This document shows positions 60,776-64,000 of a DNA stretch of 64,000 nt, in pieces. The stretch is taken from the NCBI GenBank assembly GCA_965240325.2, contig OZ251252.1:496001-560000 (forward strand), written 5' to 3'. The first letter of the stretch is position 1; each line of letters starts with the position of its first letter. The notes beneath the pieces were generated by a model. The model was not told where the DNA came from. It made no database searches and saw nothing but the letters and a program-made list of their open reading frames with translations. Source of the DNA: Rebecca billardiae RCC1528 (Eukaryota > Protista > Haptophyta). A program made the translations under genes and the position numbers.

Positions 60776-62238
60776 GCGCCGCCGCCTGACCACGCCAACG
60801 AGGAGTACCTCGCGCTTGAGATCTCGCTCACGCCCGCGCAGCTCGAGGCCGCGCGGGAGGCGCTGGTGGCCTCGCTTGCGGCCGAGCTGGGCGTCGACGC
60901 GTCTCGGCTCTCGTTCGAGGCGGTGGCCGACCAGGGCGACGGCACGGCCAAGCTCGTGGTGAAGCTGACGACCGACCCGTCCGCGGGCGAGTCGTTGGTG
61001 GACCCCACAAGCAGGCTCACGCCGAACAACGGGCCGGGTACGCCGTCGTCGCTGGCTGATCTGTCCTCGAGGCTTGGCGTGCCGGTGGCCGAGCCGCCGT
61101 ACAACCACGTGCCGCCCTCGCCGCCGCCCTCGCCGCCTTCCCCTGCGCCGCCGCCCGACCACGCCAGTGAGGAGTACCTCGCGCTGGAGCTCGCGCTCAC
61201 GCCGGCGCAGCTCGAGGCTCAGCAGCAGGACCTGCTGGCGGCGCTTGCCTCCGAGCTGGGCGTCGACGTGTCTCGGCTCTCGTTCGAGGCGGTGGCCGAC
61301 CAGGGCGACGGCACAACCAAGCTCGTGTTGAAGCTGACGACCGACCCGTCCGCGGGCGAGTCGTTGGTGGACCCCACAAGCAGGCTCACGCCAAACAACG
61401 GGCCGGGTACGCCGACGTCGCTCGCCGATCTCTCTGAGAGGCTGGGCGTGCCGGTGGCCGAGCCGCCGTACAACCACGTGCCACCCTCGCCGCCGCCCTC
61501 GCCGCCGCTGCCGCCCTCGCCGCCGCCCAACCTCGAGCTGTACGACTACGCGCGAGTGCGGGTCAACTCGACCGAGTTTGCGTTCGAGGAGTTCTCGATC
61601 GACTTCTTGGCCAAGGTGGCCGAGGCGCTCGGCGTGGACGTGGAGCGACTGTCGGTGCACGCGACGAACGTGCTGAGCGACACGACGACGCGCGTGGTGA
61701 TCCGCATCCGCAACGATCCGTCGGTCGGCGACGCGCCTGTGAACATCGTGGAGAAGCTCTCGCAGGTTCCTGCGCCGCTCTCGCCCGTGCAGAAGCTGAG
61801 TGACGTGTTGGGCGTGCCCGTTCTCGACGTGCCGGACGCGTTCGAGCCGCCCTCGTCGCCGCCGTCGCCGCCGCCGCCGCCGTCGCCGCCGTCGCCGCCG
61901 CCGGACTTCAGCACCGAGGACTACGTCGACCTGCTGCTCGACCTGACAGGGCTCGACGTGGATGAGGCGATGGCCGATCTCCTCGAGGCGATCGCAGAAG
62001 ACGCCGGAGTTGACGTCTCGCGGCTGTCGATCGAAAAGATCGAGCCGCAGGACGATGGCTCCACGCTCGTGGTCGTGAAATCCACGGCCAACCCTGCCGC
62101 CGGCGAGACGCTCACCGACCTGCGATCGGTGCTCCAGCCCAAGCCGCCTGTGTTGGCGCCTCTGGACGCGCTGAGCTCGGAGCTGCCGTACACGCTGATC
62201 GACGTGCAGTGGCACATGCCACCGTCCTCGCCGCCAGT

Positions 62239-62272
<34 letters not shown>

Positions 62273-63005
62273 CCCAACCTCGACACCGAGGAGTACCTCG
62301 GCCTGCACATCGACCTGACGGCCGGCGAGCTTGCGAGCGCGTCCAACGCGACGACACTGCTCGCGTCCGTCGCTGCCGAGCTCGGCATCGCCGCATCGCG
62401 GCTGTCGTTCGAGGCGGTGACGGAGCAGGGCGACGGCACGACCAAGGTGGTGCTCAAGCTCACCACGGATGAGTCGGCGGGCGAGTCGCAGGTGGACCCG
62501 ACATCTCAACTCACACCGAACAACGGGCCGGGCACGCCTGCGTCTCTGGACGAGCTCTCGTCGAGGCTGGGCGTGCCGATGGTCGCCGCGCCGTTTAGCC
62601 ACGTGCCGCCCTCGCCGCCGCCTGCGCCGCCCTCGCCGCCCTCGCCGCCGGCACCGCCGCCCGACCTCGCCAACGAGGAGTACGTTGCGCTCGAGTTGGC
62701 GCTGACGCCGACACAGCTCGAAGCTGCGCGCGAGGCACTGCTCGTTTCGCTCGCCGCCGAGCTGGGTGTCGACGTGTCTCGGCTCTCGTTCGAGGCTGTG
62801 GCCGACCAGGGCGACGGCACGACCAAGCTGGTGGTGAAGCTGACGACGAACACGTTCGCCGGCGAGTCGAAGGTCGACCCGACGGGCCAGCTCAAGCCGA
62901 ACAACGGGCCGGGCACGCCGTCATCGCTCGCCGATCTCTCGTCGAGGCTGGGCGTGCCGGTGGCGGAGTACCCGTACAACCACGTGCCGCCCTCGCCGCC
63001 ACCCG

Positions 63006-63070
<65 letters not shown>

Positions 63071-64000
63071 GCGCCGCCGCCTGACCACGCCAACGAGGAG
63101 TACCTCGCGCTCGAGATCTCGCTCACGCCCGCGCAGCTCGAGGCCGCGCGGGAGGCGCTGGTGGCCTCGCTTGCGGCCGAGCTGGGCGTCGACGCGTCTC
63201 GGCTCTCGTTCGAGGCGGTGGCCGACCAGGGCGACGGCACGGCCAAGCTCGTGGTGAAGCTGACGACCGACCCGTCCGCGGGCGAGTCGTTGGTGGACCC
63301 CACAAGCAGGCTCACGCCGAACAACGGGCCGGGTACGCCGACGTCGCTGGCTGATCTGTCCTCGAGGCTTGGCGTGCCGGTGGCCGAGCCGCCGTACAAC
63401 CACGTGCCGCCGTCGCCGCCACCAGCACCGCCTTCCCCTGCGCCGCCGCCCGACCACGCCAGTGAGGAGTACCTCGCGCTGGAGCTCGTGCTCACGCCGG
63501 CGCAACTCGAGGCTCAGCAGCAGGACCTGCTGGCGGCGCTTGCCTCCGAACTGGGCATAGCCGCAGCTCGGCTCTCGTTTGAGGCGGTGACCGACCAGGG
63601 CGATGGCACCACCAAGCTGGTGGTGAAGATCACCATCGACCCGTCGGGCGAGTCGAAGGTGGACCCGACATCTCAACTCACACCGAACAATGGGCCGGGC
63701 ACGCCGACGTCGCTCGCCGATCTCTCTGAGAGGCTGGGCGTGCCGGTGGCTGAGCCGCCGTACAACCACTTGCCGCCCTCGCCGCCGCCCTCGCCGCCGC
63801 TGCCGCCCTCGCCGCCGCCCAACCTCGAGCTGTACGACTACGCGCGAGTGCGGGTCAACTCGACCGAGTTCGCGTTCGAGGAGTTCTCGATCGACTTCTT
63901 GGCGAAGGTGGCTGAGGCGCTCGGCGTGGACGTGGAGCGGCTGTCGGTGCACGCGACGAACGTGCTGAGCGACACGACGACGCGCGTGGTGATCCGCATC
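29117..64000 (+). CDS. Giant secreted/surface protein (at least 11,628 aa, 3' partial): signal peptide, Ser-Pro extensin-like stalk, at least 73 tandem SEA-like domains
   Basis: ATG 29117 gives MARRHTPLRLGLAVVLAVCFGAQPARLDAPPSPP. The same frame is in register at 36341, at all 12 type-A domain starts and at 63998. The ORF track has no + ORF ending in this frame after 29117, consistent with no stop. Alternative in-frame ATG at 29021. Confidence 0.9.
29203..36340 (+). repeat. Coding low-complexity array, (Ser-Pro3-4)n, about 7.1 kb
   Basis: Degenerate 12-15-nt units such as TCGCCGCCGCCG and AGCCCGCCGCCG. Confidence 0.95.
36341..64000 (+). repeat. Coding tandem domain array: ~380-bp modules, ~2.28-2.3-kb hexamer, ~4.57-4.6-kb dodecamer
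   Basis: Type-A domain starts at 36341, 38996, 41294, 43601, 45893, 48194, 50471, 52754, 55037, 57320, 59603, 61904; spacing is exactly 2283 bp from 50471 to 59603. Confidence 0.95.

Noticed and set aside
36358-63968. Dozens of short repeated ORFs on both strands
   Set aside because: Alternative-frame or antisense shadows of the single giant CDS.
36341-64000. Regular repeat-spacer look suggesting CRISPR or satellite DNA
   Set aside because: Units are ~380-bp coding modules with frame-preserving variation. No cas genes; eukaryotic context.

Overview
Very GC-rich, intron-containing eukaryotic DNA. Introns are short (105-194 nt) with GTGCG donors, CT(G/C)AC branch-like motifs and (G/C)CAG acceptors. 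This style, plus a signal-peptide-led organellar helicase, suggests a complex-plastid alga such as a haptophyte; that is inference only. 1-22.4 kb is a compact housekeeping block: CDK (5' partial), WDR6/Trm734-like WD40 protein, DEAD-box helicase, PPR-EngB GTPase, PX-PH protein, a small hypothetical protein, a histidine-phosphatase/NAD-kinase fusion, an RBM39-like splicing factor and a USP5/UBP14 deubiquitinase. Six of these genes form three head-to-head pairs. 22.5-29 kb is gene-poor: a probable decayed coiled-coil/RING gene, nested palindromes, a compound microsatellite and a 1.14-kb long-TIR element with a TTA target-site duplication. From 29117 to the window end runs one uninterrupted + strand frame of at least 11,628 codons, absent from the ORF track because it has no stop here. 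It encodes a signal peptide, about 2,380 aa of Ser-Pro(3-4) extensin-like stalk, then at least 73 tandem ~105-110-aa SEA-like domains in 6- and 12-domain super-repeats: a giant mucin/titin-like surface protein. This gene and the phosphatase-NAD kinase fusion are the main candidates for undescribed biology.
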